DNA of 64,000 nucleotides from assembly GCF_009834535.1 (NCBI RefSeq), contig NC_045697.1, positions 17,920,001-17,984,000 of the forward strand, given 5' to 3'. This stretch comes from Camelus ferus. Lineage: Eukaryota. Position numbers and translations under genes: made by a program. Position 1 is the first letter of the stretch. Each line of letters opens with the position of its first letter. Below the pieces are notes generated by a model, which did no database searches, had not been told where the DNA came from, and saw only the letters and a program-made list of their open reading frames with translations. Shown here in pieces: positions 51,551-64,000 of the stretch.

Positions 51551-51651
51551 AAAACAATCGCAAAGAACTACCTATATTCTGGATTTTCCCCTATTTTTTT
51601 GAATCCCGAATTTGTCAGTTTTTCCCAAGCTTCTGCATGCTGGATTACCAG
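51551..51651 (+). CDS. ZCCHC4: ZCCHC4 exon 8
   Basis: cattag|AA...CAG|gtatag; (E)[33 protein letters not shown]; 101 nt. Confidence 0.96.
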
Positions 51652-54600
51652 GTATAGTAAATATTCTGTTTTCTGGCACGGTTGGGAATGGATACTCTGC
51701 TTAAATAAATACTCTGATAAGATATCCATCAATTTTAGTAAATGCAAACACTATAAGCTGTATGAAACTCTAAAACTGTATCACATGGAACTTAGTGCAG
51801 TGGTTCCTAAAATGTCCATAATCCCTAAGGTGCTTATTAAAAATATAGATTCTTAGGCAAAATAAACCTGCTAAATCAAAATCAGGGGATAACGCCCCAA
51901 GAAGAAAATATTTTACCAAGCATTCCAGGTGGTTGTGAAGTGCAGCAGGTTTTAGACCAAATGACTTGATCTCTTACCATCACTGGAAAGTTGTGGTGTC
52001 CCAGGAGCATCGTTAGGGGTGTGGGTCTTCTCTGTTCGGACGCTGTAGAGAAGTAAGTCGCTTTTTCTGGTGGGTAGAATGTCATGTACGCTTTACTCTG
52101 CTGCTCAGAGGATGCACGGAGCTCTAAGGACGAGTGTGCCCACAGTCGTGGGGTGTCAGGGAAGCAGAGATGCTGAGATCTGTCTGTGAGTGTGCGTGTG
52201 CTGACTGGCGGCAGACCGACTAGACCTCCTCCTTCACATTCCTGCCGTTCAGCTCCTCTCCTGCTTAATGTCCACTCTCCTGGATTCATTTCCCCAGGTT
52301 CTGAGGTTAACCCTATTCTCACCATCACCACGTGGGGTCACCAAGTGGGCACTGCTTCCTCTTTTGTAACATTTTTGTTATCATTCAGTTGGTCCCAGAG
52401 TGGGGGTAAAACCCTTTTTGTACAGTATCTGGGACACTAAAATTAGGAAACACACTGTCTGTCCCTCAGAAGACTGTTTCATCCACATTTAGAGGTGAGT
52501 TTTCACTGTGGTCAAGAGTTTGAAATGACGAGGAGGCAAAAGAAGCAGATCCAGAATAAAGCAGATGAGGGAGATTAACGTGGAGTAACCTATTACCGTT
52601 TGCTAAGGCAACCTGTGTTACTAGGAAAGAACTTTTGGAAATATTGGAGTTTTAGTTTTGAGACTAGTTCCAAGGTCCAAGCTTATTGAAAATAATTATA
52701 TAATTCAGTGCATTGGTGAAAAAGATTCTAATTAGGCCATGTGTATCAGGATGAAAACAGCAGCCTTTTCAATACAGAGAAAGCCAAACTTTGAAAAGAA
52801 AAATTAGAATAAAACCTATAAAACAAAACAAATCTTTGTTTTTCAAGATTCCTACTAAAGAGAAGGACACTACGGCCCATTTTGTGCTCAGTTGGAGAAA
52901 TGGATTTTGCTGTGTCTCCTAGGATATATATGAACCTTATTTGTACCTCCCCTTTGATGACTTTTCTACTATTTTTTTTTTGAAAATTTCTCTGGACTCA
53001 TTACTATTATCTTTTCTGAGCCTTTTGCATTCTTTTCTTTCTTTTGTTACTTTAACTTCATTTTGTGGTAATTTTTTTCCTTTTATATTTATTTCCTTTC
53101 ATCAAATAAAAAAAGTGACAGTCTCCTCTCCTCCTGCACTGATCTTTTTCCCCAGACCTCAGTTAGGCCTTCTTTCTGACATTGCCTGAGATGATTATAA
53201 GCCCCCATGCCACAATACAGTGAAAAAAAAAAAGCCAAAGTCACTAAATCTCTTTTGGGAAATACTTTTCAGGTAAGAGGAAGGCAGAGATACTATAAAT
53301 CTTCATAAAATACAAATCCTGTAGACTCTTCAGTGATAAAGTACTTGATAAGTACAGAATAAAATAGTTATCAAAGTGCTAGAAAACCAAGAGTTTTATT
53401 AAGGGTGGATTAGAAAGGAAGGGTGTGATAATGAAAAGAAATTCTGATTTAGAATCAGAAGAAGTTTGAGTCCTGACACTGCCTTTTAGAAGCTATTTAA
53501 TCTTGAGGGAAGTCACTTTATCTTTCTAGGTCTCTGTTTCCTTACCTATAAAATAAAATGATTGAACCAGAAAAGGGATGGCAGATAAGTTTCACTTTTA
53601 CAGCTAAGCCTGATAAATTGGTAATGACTTTCTGGAGAATTTGTTGAGAACCCCAGGTTCAGTGGCAGAGAGTAGTGTGATTGGTTAGTGATGTCTGCCA
53701 GAGGGTCAGGGTCAGGGTCAGGGAATGGTGGCATTCAGGTCCTGTATTTACCATATCTGAACTAGCTCATCATTTCTCTTCCACCTTGAACACACTATGA
53801 TCTCTTGTTTCTACTTAATCTGGGCCATATATCTGGATTGTTAAAACTAGAGGTCTTTGCTTTTTTTTTTTTTTAAATCTATCTTTTAACAAATCATCCT
53901 GTTTAGAAAACATTTTTGAGGCTGGTTTCATTTTCAGAAATGAAGATATTTTGACAAGAATTTCTGAGAAATGATCGTAAATTATAAGATGACAAGTGAA
54001 ATTCTCAAAACTCAGTGTATAATAAACATTTAATAAACATAAAACAATGATTTGAAGTAACAAGAGGAATAACACACACATTTATGTATGTGTGTGTATA
54101 TGCATATATGATATTTAAAATAAGAGGTTACATGGGATATGGGGAATGTGACTAAAAGACCTTATTGCTATGGTAGAAGTTGGTCGATGGAGCTGAAAAG
54201 TTCACTTGGGATCTTTTGAATATACTGAAATTAAACAGAATACAATGTAGGTAGTTATGAAAATACAAGTATGTACTCTCTTTTATTTAATCTTTGCTTC
54301 CCAGCATGATACCTGGAGCATAGTAGGCGCAGAATAAATGTTTGTTGGCTTGAATGTCTTGGTTTCCATATAACTAGTTTCAGTCTCGTGTTGCAGAAGT
54401 AATTTGCGTATAGATAAAATTAAAAGTTAGGAATTGCAGAGATTTTGTGCTTTCCCTCATTTCTATACAGTACTTCATCACATTAATCAGTTCCATGGGA
54501 GAAATTTTCTATTTGAAAATGCTTCTCATCATCATCGTGAGTGAAATGTCAGGGATAATGATGGGAAAATGGTGTATCAGCTCTACCACTAGTGATATGC

Positions 54601-56114
54601 AATTTGCAAAATTGTGTTTGCTTTACAGCACTTCCATAGGAGGTTTATTTGTGTGGATGAAGCTATGAAATATGGATGCATGTTAGAGGTACATTAATTT
54701 ACCCTAGCAGCATGCATTTTACATACCATATGTTTATAGTTAATTAGCACAACAAACCCACATTTAAAAATAATAATAATCTCAATTAGGTTATGCAAAA
54801 TCAAGTAATCAACCACCTTCCTGACACATGCATTCTCTGACTCCTTGGGTAACCGTAAAGAAACTGTTCTTTTTTTTCCCCCTCTCTTCCATCTGCTATC
54901 TATTATATTGCATGGAATATTCCATTTACTAAAAATCTTTCTAAGATACTCTTTTCCAGCATTTGAAAATCTTTATAAGATTCTCTCGGGAAGAATTTTT
55001 TTCTTATGACACTCATAAATGTTCAAAATATCTTTGTTGAATTTAATAAGGTGCTATATATTTACTGAGTACATAGAGGGGGTGCATTAGGGAAAATTAT
55101 GAATTTGTCATTTTAAAAGAAAACTACTTAAGGCACTATTTTAAAGGTGATTTTGTAGTAAAATCTACTTTTGTATCTTAGCCTGTAATAGGTAACATAT
55201 ATTCATAGAATTTTAAATTTGGAAAGAAGCATAGAGGTAACGTAGGCTAACTTCCCAGTGTAATAATCCTCTCCACTAAATTCATGACAAGCAGTCACCC
55301 AGCCTCACTTGAATGCTTTCAGTGAGCAAAGTCCTACAGCCTTACAAGGCAACTCAATTTATTTAATAGCTCTAATCGTTAGAAAATTTTCTCATATGGA
55401 GATAAAATATGCTCCCTATTAACTTCTAACCATTGGACCTACTTCTATTTTCCGAAGCAATAAAAGAGTAAGTCTAATTTCTATTCCACATGACACGCTT
55501 TCTGTTATCAAATAGCCATCTGATCCTCCCTGTCTTCTCTTTTCTGAATAAACACTCCCAATCTGTTAAACTATCAATCCTTTTTATTCCCATTACTTTC
55601 AATAGAAATGAACTGGTTTTATTAATGATTCTCTTAAAATGTAGCAACTGAATGCAAGGCTTCGGATGTGCTCTAACCTCCTCTCCTCTCCGCGTTCTGA
55701 TGCTACACTTCTGTGTAAGCACTGAGCTGTTACATCGCTATGCTAGACTGCGGACTCACCATGCCGACCTGTGCGTGTTCATTGTGCAGAACATCCTCGG
55801 AGTTTTTTCCCCACTGCTGAAGCTTATTAATGAGTCTTCCTAAATTTGTTCACCTGTAAATCTAGCAGGCATTGGCATGGCCATTGGGAGAGCTTGGGAA
55901 TCTCCCATTCAAGTCCTCTCTTTCCATTGCCACCAAATCCTTACATTTTTGTAGTTCTCTCATGAAATAGCTAGCTTGCAAGCCAGTTCTGTTGTAAATT
56001 CTTAAGAGTAATCTGATTTAGAATCCAAACAATTCATAACAACTTACTCGAAAGTTGGGATCTATCTGTATTAACCTTATAAAAATCTCATGATAGTCCT
56101 GTGTGTAATTAAAT

Positions 56115-56292
56115 CAGTGGTGCTCAAACTTTAGTGTGCCAGGAGGGCTTGTTAAAAATACAGGTTGCTGGGCCCCGCCCCCAGAGTTTCTGTGTTCTTA
56201 AGCCCTAGGTGGGGCAAGAATTTGCATTTCCAACAAGATCCCAGGTAATGCTGGTGTTGCTGATTCAGGCACCACACTGTGAGAATTAGTGA
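56115..56292. mobile_element. MER5A-like hAT-Charlie DNA transposon remnant
   Basis: CAGTGGTGCTCAAACTTTAGTGTGC...GCTGGGCCCCGCCCCCAGAGTTTCTG...TTTGCATTTCCAACAAG motifs. Confidence 0.75.
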
Positions 56293-57213
56293 TCTGAAGG
56301 AAGACGGACTTAGTGGCCAGATGGGTTCATAGCAGGTTGAAAACCAGATTGAGACTGTGTGTAGATGATAGGGTGGGAAAGGAGACGGGAGCAAGAAGCT
56401 AGTAGAAATCATGCTTGTTGGCTTCATTTTACTTTCCAGATAATCTGCTGAAATGGAAAGTTGAGTTAGGGGTCTTGAGGAGAGAGGTAAACATTTGAAA
56501 TAGTCATGGTGGGGAGAACAGCTATAGGTTACGAGTCTCCCTCTGCATCTCCATCCTTCCATCTCTACGATGTGCTGGGCCCTGAACTCTGGGCTTTTAC
56601 ATACGTTGTCTCATGTAACTTTCACAGCAGCTCTAAGGTAAGTATCAGTAACCTCTTTTTTCCAGGTGAAAATGATGCAAACTTGCCTGAGGTCACATAA
56701 CAAGTGAGTGACAGAGAGCCCCTGCCTGGCCCCCAAATCTGGCTCTGTTGGAGAGTAATGTTGGAGGGCCAAACTGAGGCTGCACTGAGCCTTGGGGAGC
56801 AGAAAACTGACATGCAGTGAATTTCACACACACAAAAATGAGAAGCCCTAACCAAGTTGTCACAGATCTTCAAAGGTGGAGTTTTTTTAAACACCGATAG
56901 CTAAAATCTTAATTACATAATAGCCTTTATTGCAGAGTCTAGTTGCGTTGGATAAAAGATTAGAGTTGTTCTCTTACCTAGGGGTAGCATGAATTTGTCA
57001 TAACAAATTTTACCTTTTTTATAATGAAATTTGGCTGCCCACAGAGGCCTCTCCAAGGCTGACTATAAACTCTTGCTTTTAAGAATTTCTTATTCAATAC
57101 TTTGATTTGATTTGTTTCTTGGCATCACTTTGTTCATTTATTGGCTAAAGAGTCTGAACAAATGTTGACTCTTTTGAGAAATGTTTCTTTTTAAATTTTT
57201 TTTAACTTTCTAG

Positions 57214-57335
57214 GTAGATTATGATAATCATGCACTTTATAAACATGGAAAGACAGGACGGAAACAGTCTCCTGTGCGTATTTTCACCAATATTCCACCC
57301 AACAAAATAATCCTTCCTATTGAGGAAGGGTACAG
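57214..57335 (+). CDS. ZCCHC4: ZCCHC4 exon 9
   Basis: ttctag|GTA...ACAG|gtaaga; [40 protein letters not shown](R); 122 nt. Confidence 0.97.
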
Positions 57336-57587
57336 GTAAGATCACAGTGGGACCTTGAAATACATAAGTCCCTGAAAATAAAGTTCCATATATCTAACCC
57401 CAAAATGCTTTTAATATTGACTCATTTAATTCTTCTGTTACTTTTAAATTTGGCCTATAATGTTATATTGAATTTAATTTGAATTACACCCAATTTTTCT
57501 AACAAATCCCTTGTGAACTTTTATCTACTGTGTGAATCTCAATAAGTACATGCAGCTGATTTCTCCACATCTTTACTTTCTCCTTAG

Positions 57588-57663
57588 ATTTTGCTCTCTC
57601 TGTCAGCGATACGTTTCTCGAGAGAATCAGCACTGTGAACACTGTAATTCTTGCACATCCAAG
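57588..57663 (+). CDS. ZCCHC4: ZCCHC4 exon 10
   Basis: ccttag|A...AAG|gtatag; [25 protein letters not shown]; 76 nt. Confidence 0.96.
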
Positions 57664-58722
57664 GTATAGTTTTCTTTAGAATTAACTCAAATATATTAGT
57701 TTTACTCAAATATATCAGTTTTATTTTAGTTTACTAGTTTCATTGCATTTGTTTCCTATTGTTTTGTTAACATTATAACTTGTGTTAATGTATTATTGTT
57801 TATTAATTATCCTTTAAAACAATATTTTTTCTCTAATTATAAAGCACAGCAAGCTTTTAAAAATACATAGTTGCCTTCATCATCATTAACAATTATTTGA
57901 GTTATTTTTATACGGTACTGTATGACTGCTAAAATTATTAGTGTTTCAAATAAGGCACTAAATGAGGGCTAAATACTGTTCAGGGCAAAATTAAGATGTT
58001 TTCAAATAAGGCATTGAACTATTTGATACCATCACTGTTCTGATGAAGTAATAATTAATAACATGCTCCGTGCACTTTTTATGTGCCAAGCCCTATCCTC
58101 AGAGCTGTTCATGGACTAACTTATTTACTCAGACAGCCCTGGTAGGTAGGGCTTTTTACAGATGAGGAAGGACCACAGGGGACACACTTCCTAGTCATTT
58201 TTTAGGAAGGTGGAATCACCCTCAGGTTACTCTGTTATTTTAACTAAGTCTAGTCAGAAAGAACATGTGAAGTTTAGTTGACTAATAAGCACATAATATT
58301 CTCCAAAGAAAAGGCTGTATTTTTATACCTATTGGAAAGTACATTTTTCATAACTTTATAATTTCATTACTGGTTATACTGGTTTTTAACTATTGTAACA
58401 CATCTGATTATATTTATTTCCAATTGGTTTAGAAATTAATCTGTTATTCTTCATTTAAAAAAATTATGCCCAGATTTTACAAAGTTCAAATGAGGAAAAC
58501 AGTTTTATTATTTAGAGATGCACACATAAGTGGTAAAAATAAACAAAAGCAAGGAAGTGACCATCACACAAACCAGGATCGGTGTTTCTCAGTAAGGAAG
58601 GAGGAACGCTGGACTGGGAAGGGGCGTGTGGGGAAATGTCTAGGGGCTGATGGTAATCTGTCTCTTGACCTATTGGGTTCATCCATGTTCACTTTATAAT
58701 ACTCATTAAACTGAATATATCT

Positions 58723-58909
58723 TTTTTTAAGCATTTTTATTGATTTATAATCATTTTACAATGTTGTGTCAAATTTCAGTGTAGAGCACGATTTTTCAGT
58801 ATACATTTTTTTCTCTATGAGCTACCATAAGATCTTGTGTGTATTTCCCTGTGCTATACAGTATAATCTTGTTTATCTATTCTACAATTTTGAAATCCTG
58901 TCTATCCCT
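58723..58909 (-). mobile_element. Short L1 3' end inserted into an older L1 fragment
   Basis: Antisense L1 3'UTR (TTTTACAATGTTGTGTCAAATTTCAGTGTA...TTCCCTGTGCTATACAGTA); TSD TGAATATATCT at 58712-58722 and 58910-58920. Confidence 0.8.
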
Positions 58910-59379
58910 TGAATATATCTGTTTCATGCACTTCTCTAAGTATGTTTTATTTCACAGTTTTAAAGTTACCCAAATAGTAACCTGTAATCTCTATCCTTCT
59001 AAATTACAATAAGTTCTCAAGTATGAGTGTTACAAAGGATTATGCCAGATAGACACATACAAATTATGAATCATTAATTCTCTTGAAATTTTTCCTCCTT
59101 TATGCAAATTGTGTTCCTTGATCTGGAGTGGACTTTAAAGATCATTTAGCTAAATCCCCCAGTTTTAGCATTAAGGAAATTGGGGCCCATCAAGAAGAGA
59201 TTTGGGTTGAGTGGAGAAATGCATAAATTAAAATCAAAGTATTTAATTGTAAAGCCCAGGAAAGTGAGAAATAAGGAATGAATAATTTACACAGATTTTT
59301 AATAAGACATTTTAATTTTTAATTGTGGAACTTGATTTTTAATGACAAATTAAACATACTTTAAAAATTGTTTTTGTAG

Positions 59380-59431
59380 GATGGCAGGAAATGGAACCAT
59401 TGCTTTCTCTGCAAAAAGTGTGTGAAGCCTT
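59380..59431 (+). CDS. ZCCHC4: ZCCHC4 exon 11
   Basis: ttgtag|GAT...CCTT|gtaagt; DGRKWNHCFLCKKCVKP(S); 52 nt. Confidence 0.96.
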
Positions 59432-59930
59432 GTAAGTATTTAAGCTTTAGTGTTTGAGATCTTACGGAAACATTTGTTTTTCTTCAGCTAAACAGGATTT
59501 TTATGTAACTATATTTATGAAAGAAAAAATTAATATAGAGACTTGCATTAATTTACTAGCTTTTTAATTTTTACAATTACCAAAACGTATGTGAGAGACA
59601 TGACTGCTACCCTGTTGCAATGTGGCATTTGGTTTGGTTTATTTTAACAGGGTTTTGTATCATTCAGCTGGTCCCCATTGTTTTGGTGGCTCTAAGCTCA
59701 GGACTCACTGAGGAAGGGCTGAATTTGTTCATGAATCAGAAAGAAGTTAGCTGGTTTACATGGGATTCCAACCTTATAACATTGGCCTCTTTGGCCAAAT
59801 TATAACTAGCTGTGCAAAGCTGTCACAGTATTTGAGGTAAACATTATTCAGGCTTCCTTATCATAAAGGTTAATCAAATGAAAAATTATATTAAATGAAC
59901 CTCTTCTAAAACCTAATTTTTATTTTACAG

Positions 59931-60075
59931 CTTGGATCCACTGTGACGTTTGCAATCACTGTGCTCTTCCAGATCATTCTTGCGAAGGTCCTAAAGATGG
60001 CTGCTTTATTTGTGGTGAATTAGATCATAAACGTAGTACTTGTCCTAACATCTCTACATCTAAGAAAGCGGACAA
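59931..60075 (+). CDS. ZCCHC4: ZCCHC4 exon 12 (CCHC zinc knuckle [14 protein letters not shown] at 60002-60043)
   Basis: tttacag|CT...ACAA|gttagt; [47 protein letters not shown](K); 145 nt. Confidence 0.96.
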
Positions 60076-61451
60076 GTTAGTTGAATTTTTTTGTTTATTA
60101 GAAGAAACATTTTCCTTGTGTATTTGTACAGAGCAATCCAAAGAAGTATGCAATAATTGGAGGATTCGGGAGTGCTAAATTAATTGGTGCTTTCCCTATT
60201 ATGTATTATTTGCATAGATGGGGGAGGGAGGATATGAAGATGAGTCAAAGACCTTAAAATTTTACAGAGAGGACATGAAGATAACCAAAATACAAGGTAG
60301 AAAGTGTCTAACTTCCTATATAATATGATTTATATAATACAGTTGTATAATTCGAAGCAAAGTTATACCAATGACAACAGCATACTTAGAAAAACCACTG
60401 CTGTTTTCAACTGGGCTAACTTGAATGATTGCACTTTTACCTTTTAAATTAATGGGATGATAGGTACTGTGTCCTCTTGTTTTACTCATGTGAAAACCAG
60501 GTATCCAGGTTTAACATTGTATGAAAATTGAGATCAGGATGTAAGTTTTGAGCTATCATATGACTTGTGATGAAGAAAAAACATCTGTTAGTGTTAGGAG
60601 TGTCTGATGCTTTAGTAAATACTCATGATTGTGTTAGGATTCTTTTCCATTTATTTGTTTATTTTTGGTTTTTTTGGTCAGTGGAAATTATTTTTTCCAT
60701 TAAAGCCCAGCCATTTGAATCCTGCCTACTATTTAAAAGTGCCTTTTCCATTACTTTTTATCAGATTTACTTTAAATAATTATTTCCACCAAGTAATCCA
60801 GGGCAGAAGTGGAATTTTAAAAAATTAATTAAAGAGGTATATTAAAGGCTCAGAAAATATTTTTCCTTATGAATCTTCAGGAATAGAATACAACCCAATA
60901 AAGTGTTGGACTGGGTTTGTTGCACTATTTACAGTGTAATTCTGGTTGCAAAAAGGAATTAGTAACATGCTTAGTCTTTGATTCTGTGATCTTGTGACAC
61001 ATGGAAACTGAATTTGCATTTTGGTAATATATTGTAGGCTCTTCATTGGTTGTTAAATAGCCCTGGCTAGTCTATTTGTTAGTAATACATTGTTTTCATT
61101 GAGGGAAGTCAGCTAGTATCTTTTAGATTTTTTTCAAGTTTAATTCAAAGAGCAAACCCCTTCGGATGTGGTATACCTGATAATTCTTAAATAGCATTAC
61201 TTTCTTCTCTCAGAGAAGACGCCTAAACTTCTGTTAACAGTTATCATTAGGTGTTGTTTTCAAAAAAATTTTTTAATGAAATGGACAAGGTAAAATTTTT
61301 TCTTTATAATAGTAAAAAATAATTTTAATAGCTTTTTTTTTTTTAGCATATACGGTGTAAAAGAGCTTTTCATCTTAAGTGTTTTATAGTCTTACGATAA
61401 TTTGTTTTTCTTTGGTATTAATTTTCTTTTGCTTGTGAACTGGAATGATGC

Positions 61452-61470
61452 TGGCTCCCTCTTGTGGCTA
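61452..61470 (-). promoter_or_regulatory. Candidate CTCF binding site
   Basis: Minus strand TAGCCACAAGAGGGAGCCA versus CTCF core consensus TGGCCACCAGGGGGCGCTA. Confidence 0.5.
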
Positions 61471-62760
61471 GAGCTCATTTTATCGGTTATACAAATACAT
61501 ATCCTTTAGAGGACAAATACTAGGTCAGTTTAATTTTAAGGCAAAATAAAACAATTGATTTACTCAGTTTATCACTGTTGAAGGACTTTAGCCATTAAGA
61601 GATTATACTTAATTAAATTTGCTAAATAATCACTAACCAGGATATTCTCCTGCTTTTAAAAAATGGCTGGAGGGAAAGGAGATTTAAATAACATGTGCAA
61701 AACATTATAAAGGTGACTGTTTTATTTTGAACTGATGGGATGCCCCAGACCATAGTGCAGAACCTTAAATATGGAAAAGTATAAAGTTGTCAGGCAAAAT
61801 TCTGAATACTAGTCATGTGTAGCTGCTAATAATAGCTAATAGTTATTTAATGATTACTACATGCTTAGCATTGTACATACGTGAATAATTCATAGTAGAG
61901 TACGTAGTATCGAGGGAATTAGAGCACAAGTCCCTGAATCAAGCTGGTTCTGCTGCTTCCTCACTGGATGATTTCATAGCCTCAGTTTCTTAACCTAAAG
62001 AAAACTTGGGGGAAAGAAAGGGAAGGGTGACATCTGCTTTTCCAGCTCCCTGAAGTTGAAGATTGTACCCATTCATTTTTGCATTCCCAACACTCAACAT
62101 AGATGCTGAGTGAACAGAAAGTGAGGCCTGCGTTTGGTCCACTAGGAGATTATATCTTGGTTATGATGCTTCTTTCCCGGCTTTTGGTCCTGGGAAGATC
62201 AAGAAGTTTTTCCTGAGGACCTGTGGTAGTTTAGGAGAAGTGAATCTAATGGTTGATGTGGCTGGGCAGCCATGGCAGCTGTCCAGGTTTGCCGTGCCGG
62301 CAGCCCGGCCCATCCCTTTGTTCATGGTATGGTACCTGGCATGATTCTGCTAGCTTGGAGAAAGTGAGTGAACAGACCAGTGATCTTTCTCAGCTGCAGA
62401 TTGCCTGTAAGTTCAGTGAGCACCAGCAGCAGAGGATCTGTTTTTTTTTCCTGGTGTGGTTTAGTGTTTTTTAGAGAGTGAGTTCCAGCTTTTTCATGTT
62501 GAAGCTAGTCTTCAAGAAGACAGAGACCACAAAACATGGACATTCTCTATGGCACCTGTCAGGACTTAGATCTCCTGAGGAAGGGAAAATTAGTTTTAGG
62601 ACTGTAAGACGGGCCTCTTTAAGCGTCGTCAGTCTTTCCCATTGTGTTATTTCATTTTTCTACCACTGCTAACTGCCAGTGTATCGGTCTTTTTTCTGAA
62701 AAATGTAATTCAGGGATTTGGAGATTGAAGTGCTGCTGAGTTGAGCATTACAGATGTACC

Positions 62761-62802
62761 AAAACAAACAAACAAACAAACAAACAAAAACAAACCCAAA
62801 AA
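62761..62802. repeat. (AAAC)n microsatellite
   Basis: Directly visible. Confidence 0.85.
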
Positions 62803-63120
62803 ACTATCAACAACAGAAAACCTCCCAACTCATTGACTTGACTATTTACCTCTGTGGTGTATTTGTCCTGAATAGATTGTTCTAAATCTGTAGTAGCCAT
62901 CTGTCAAAGGAATTTCTTTTCCCAAACATTTTGCTTGGTCAGGTCTCTATCTCCTTGTTATTATGGTTAGGATTCTGAGGATTTATGCGTATAATACAGT
63001 ACATTCTTTCCCTTCTGTTTTTTTTTTTTTTAATTTGGTTAGCTAGTTAATTAAACTTCAACATAATTACATAATTCACTGTGCTCATTCTACAAAATAA
63101 TTTAGCACCTTGTTTTTCAG

Positions 63121-63256
63121 AGCTGTCAGAAAGCAGAAGCAAAGAAAAAGCAATAAGATGAAAATGGAGACCACTAAAGGACAGTCCATGAATCATATAT
63201 CTGTTACAAGGAGGAAGAAAAGGAGAGAAAGAGCCCATCAATATCTTTGCTCTTAA
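63121..63256 (+). CDS. ZCCHC4: ZCCHC4 exon 13 (last coding exon, basic tail)
   Basis: tttcag|A GCT...; AVRKQKQRKSNKMKMETTKGQSMNHISVTRRKKRRERAHQYLCS* (TAA 63254-63256). Exon lengths sum to 1542 nt = 513 aa + stop. Confidence 0.96.
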
Positions 63257-64000
63257 ATGTCCAGTGACTTGAGAATAAGAAAGATTTACAGTCCAACCTT
63301 TGATGCCATTTTCTGAAAGTGCCACGCCGGACTTAAATTCTGTAGCTTTCAAAGGTATGCACCTTTCTAAGCTTGAGAACAGGCAAGTGGTATTTGCTGG
63401 TTTATAGACCCCCCAGCAGCCCCTCGGGAGACCTGGGGACTTGTTCCATCCTTAGCTGGTTTACTAGCTCTCTCTGCTTTTCTTCTTCTTAAATCTCTTC
63501 CAGTTGTATTGTTTTAGCCTCTTTTATATGAAGAATGGGCATAGAATATTCTTTTGCAGAAAGAAGAAAATGAAGATGAAAACCTAAAGCTTTGTTTGTA
63601 TTGAACAGAGGAGTAGGTTAAGTTAGATATTTTAAATTAAATATTAAAATATTGTAAAATAGCTTAAGCCCCACTTGTAAAGAGAAATATAATATATAAT
63701 TTTTTAGCCAGAATCTGAAGATGATGGAAAGAATTTTGACAAAGGCAGTCTAAAGATATAAAGATTATGATTATGGTTATATTATTATTAAATATTTATT
63801 TTTCAAATACTTTTTGCAGTTGTCCTTTGATGGTATAGAATCACCTAAATGTTTGTTGAATGACTGAGGTGTTTGGAATTATGACCTGCTCTGACATCTC
63901 AGTGTCTTTTAAGCTAGGCAGTGCATTTCTCTCTTTGTAAAAGTGGTAGCAGGAGGCAGGATACTTTGGTGACTGGGACTCTTCACTCTGATTTTCACAC

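Noticed and set aside
51882..52331. 149-aa minus-strand ORF
   Set aside because: No recognisable domain; its end overlaps a MER5-like remnant; consistent with a chance ORF in a GC-richer patch.
63047..63352. 101-aa ORF antisense to ZCCHC4 last exon
   Set aside because: TTG start; shadow of the Lys/Arg-rich coding exon.
63636..63792. ATTAAA hexamers as the ZCCHC4 poly(A) signal
   Set aside because: Several occur in very AT-rich sequence; none can be singled out and the UTR may extend past the window.

Overview
Mammalian genomic DNA, most likely camelid (Camelus/Vicugna/Lama), judged from five copies of a tRNA-Ala(AGC)-derived SINE resembling vic-1. The + strand carries the last three coding exons and 3'UTR of PI4K2B (stop at 10310-10312). 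About 11.6 kb after that stop come a CpG-island promoter and the complete 13-exon coding sequence of ZCCHC4, the 28S rRNA m6A methyltransferase (21964-63256). Its exons join to 1542 nt = 513 aa, all introns are GT-AG, and the DPPF catalytic motif and CCHC knuckle are intact. The rest is intronic/intergenic DNA rich in L1, MIR, L2, MaLR/ERV LTR and MER repeats. The most unusual object is a ~3.04-kb composite retroelement in ZCCHC4 intron 3 (26707-29750), bounded by a perfect 17-bp target-site duplication. It has an L1 5'UTR and ORF1 but no sense ORF2, and its 3' half is a patchwork of inverted L1 scraps plus an ancient L1MC-type 3' end that supplies the poly(A) signal. This is a half-L1 (HAL1)-like architecture. 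A sister copy lies inverted at 1-1437. Both copies keep an ATG-initiated antisense ORF in the 5'UTR whose four indels all preserve frame, reminiscent of primate L1 ORF0. Repeat family names and ortholog comparisons come from recalled consensus sequences, not database searches; repeat boundaries without a TSD are approximate.
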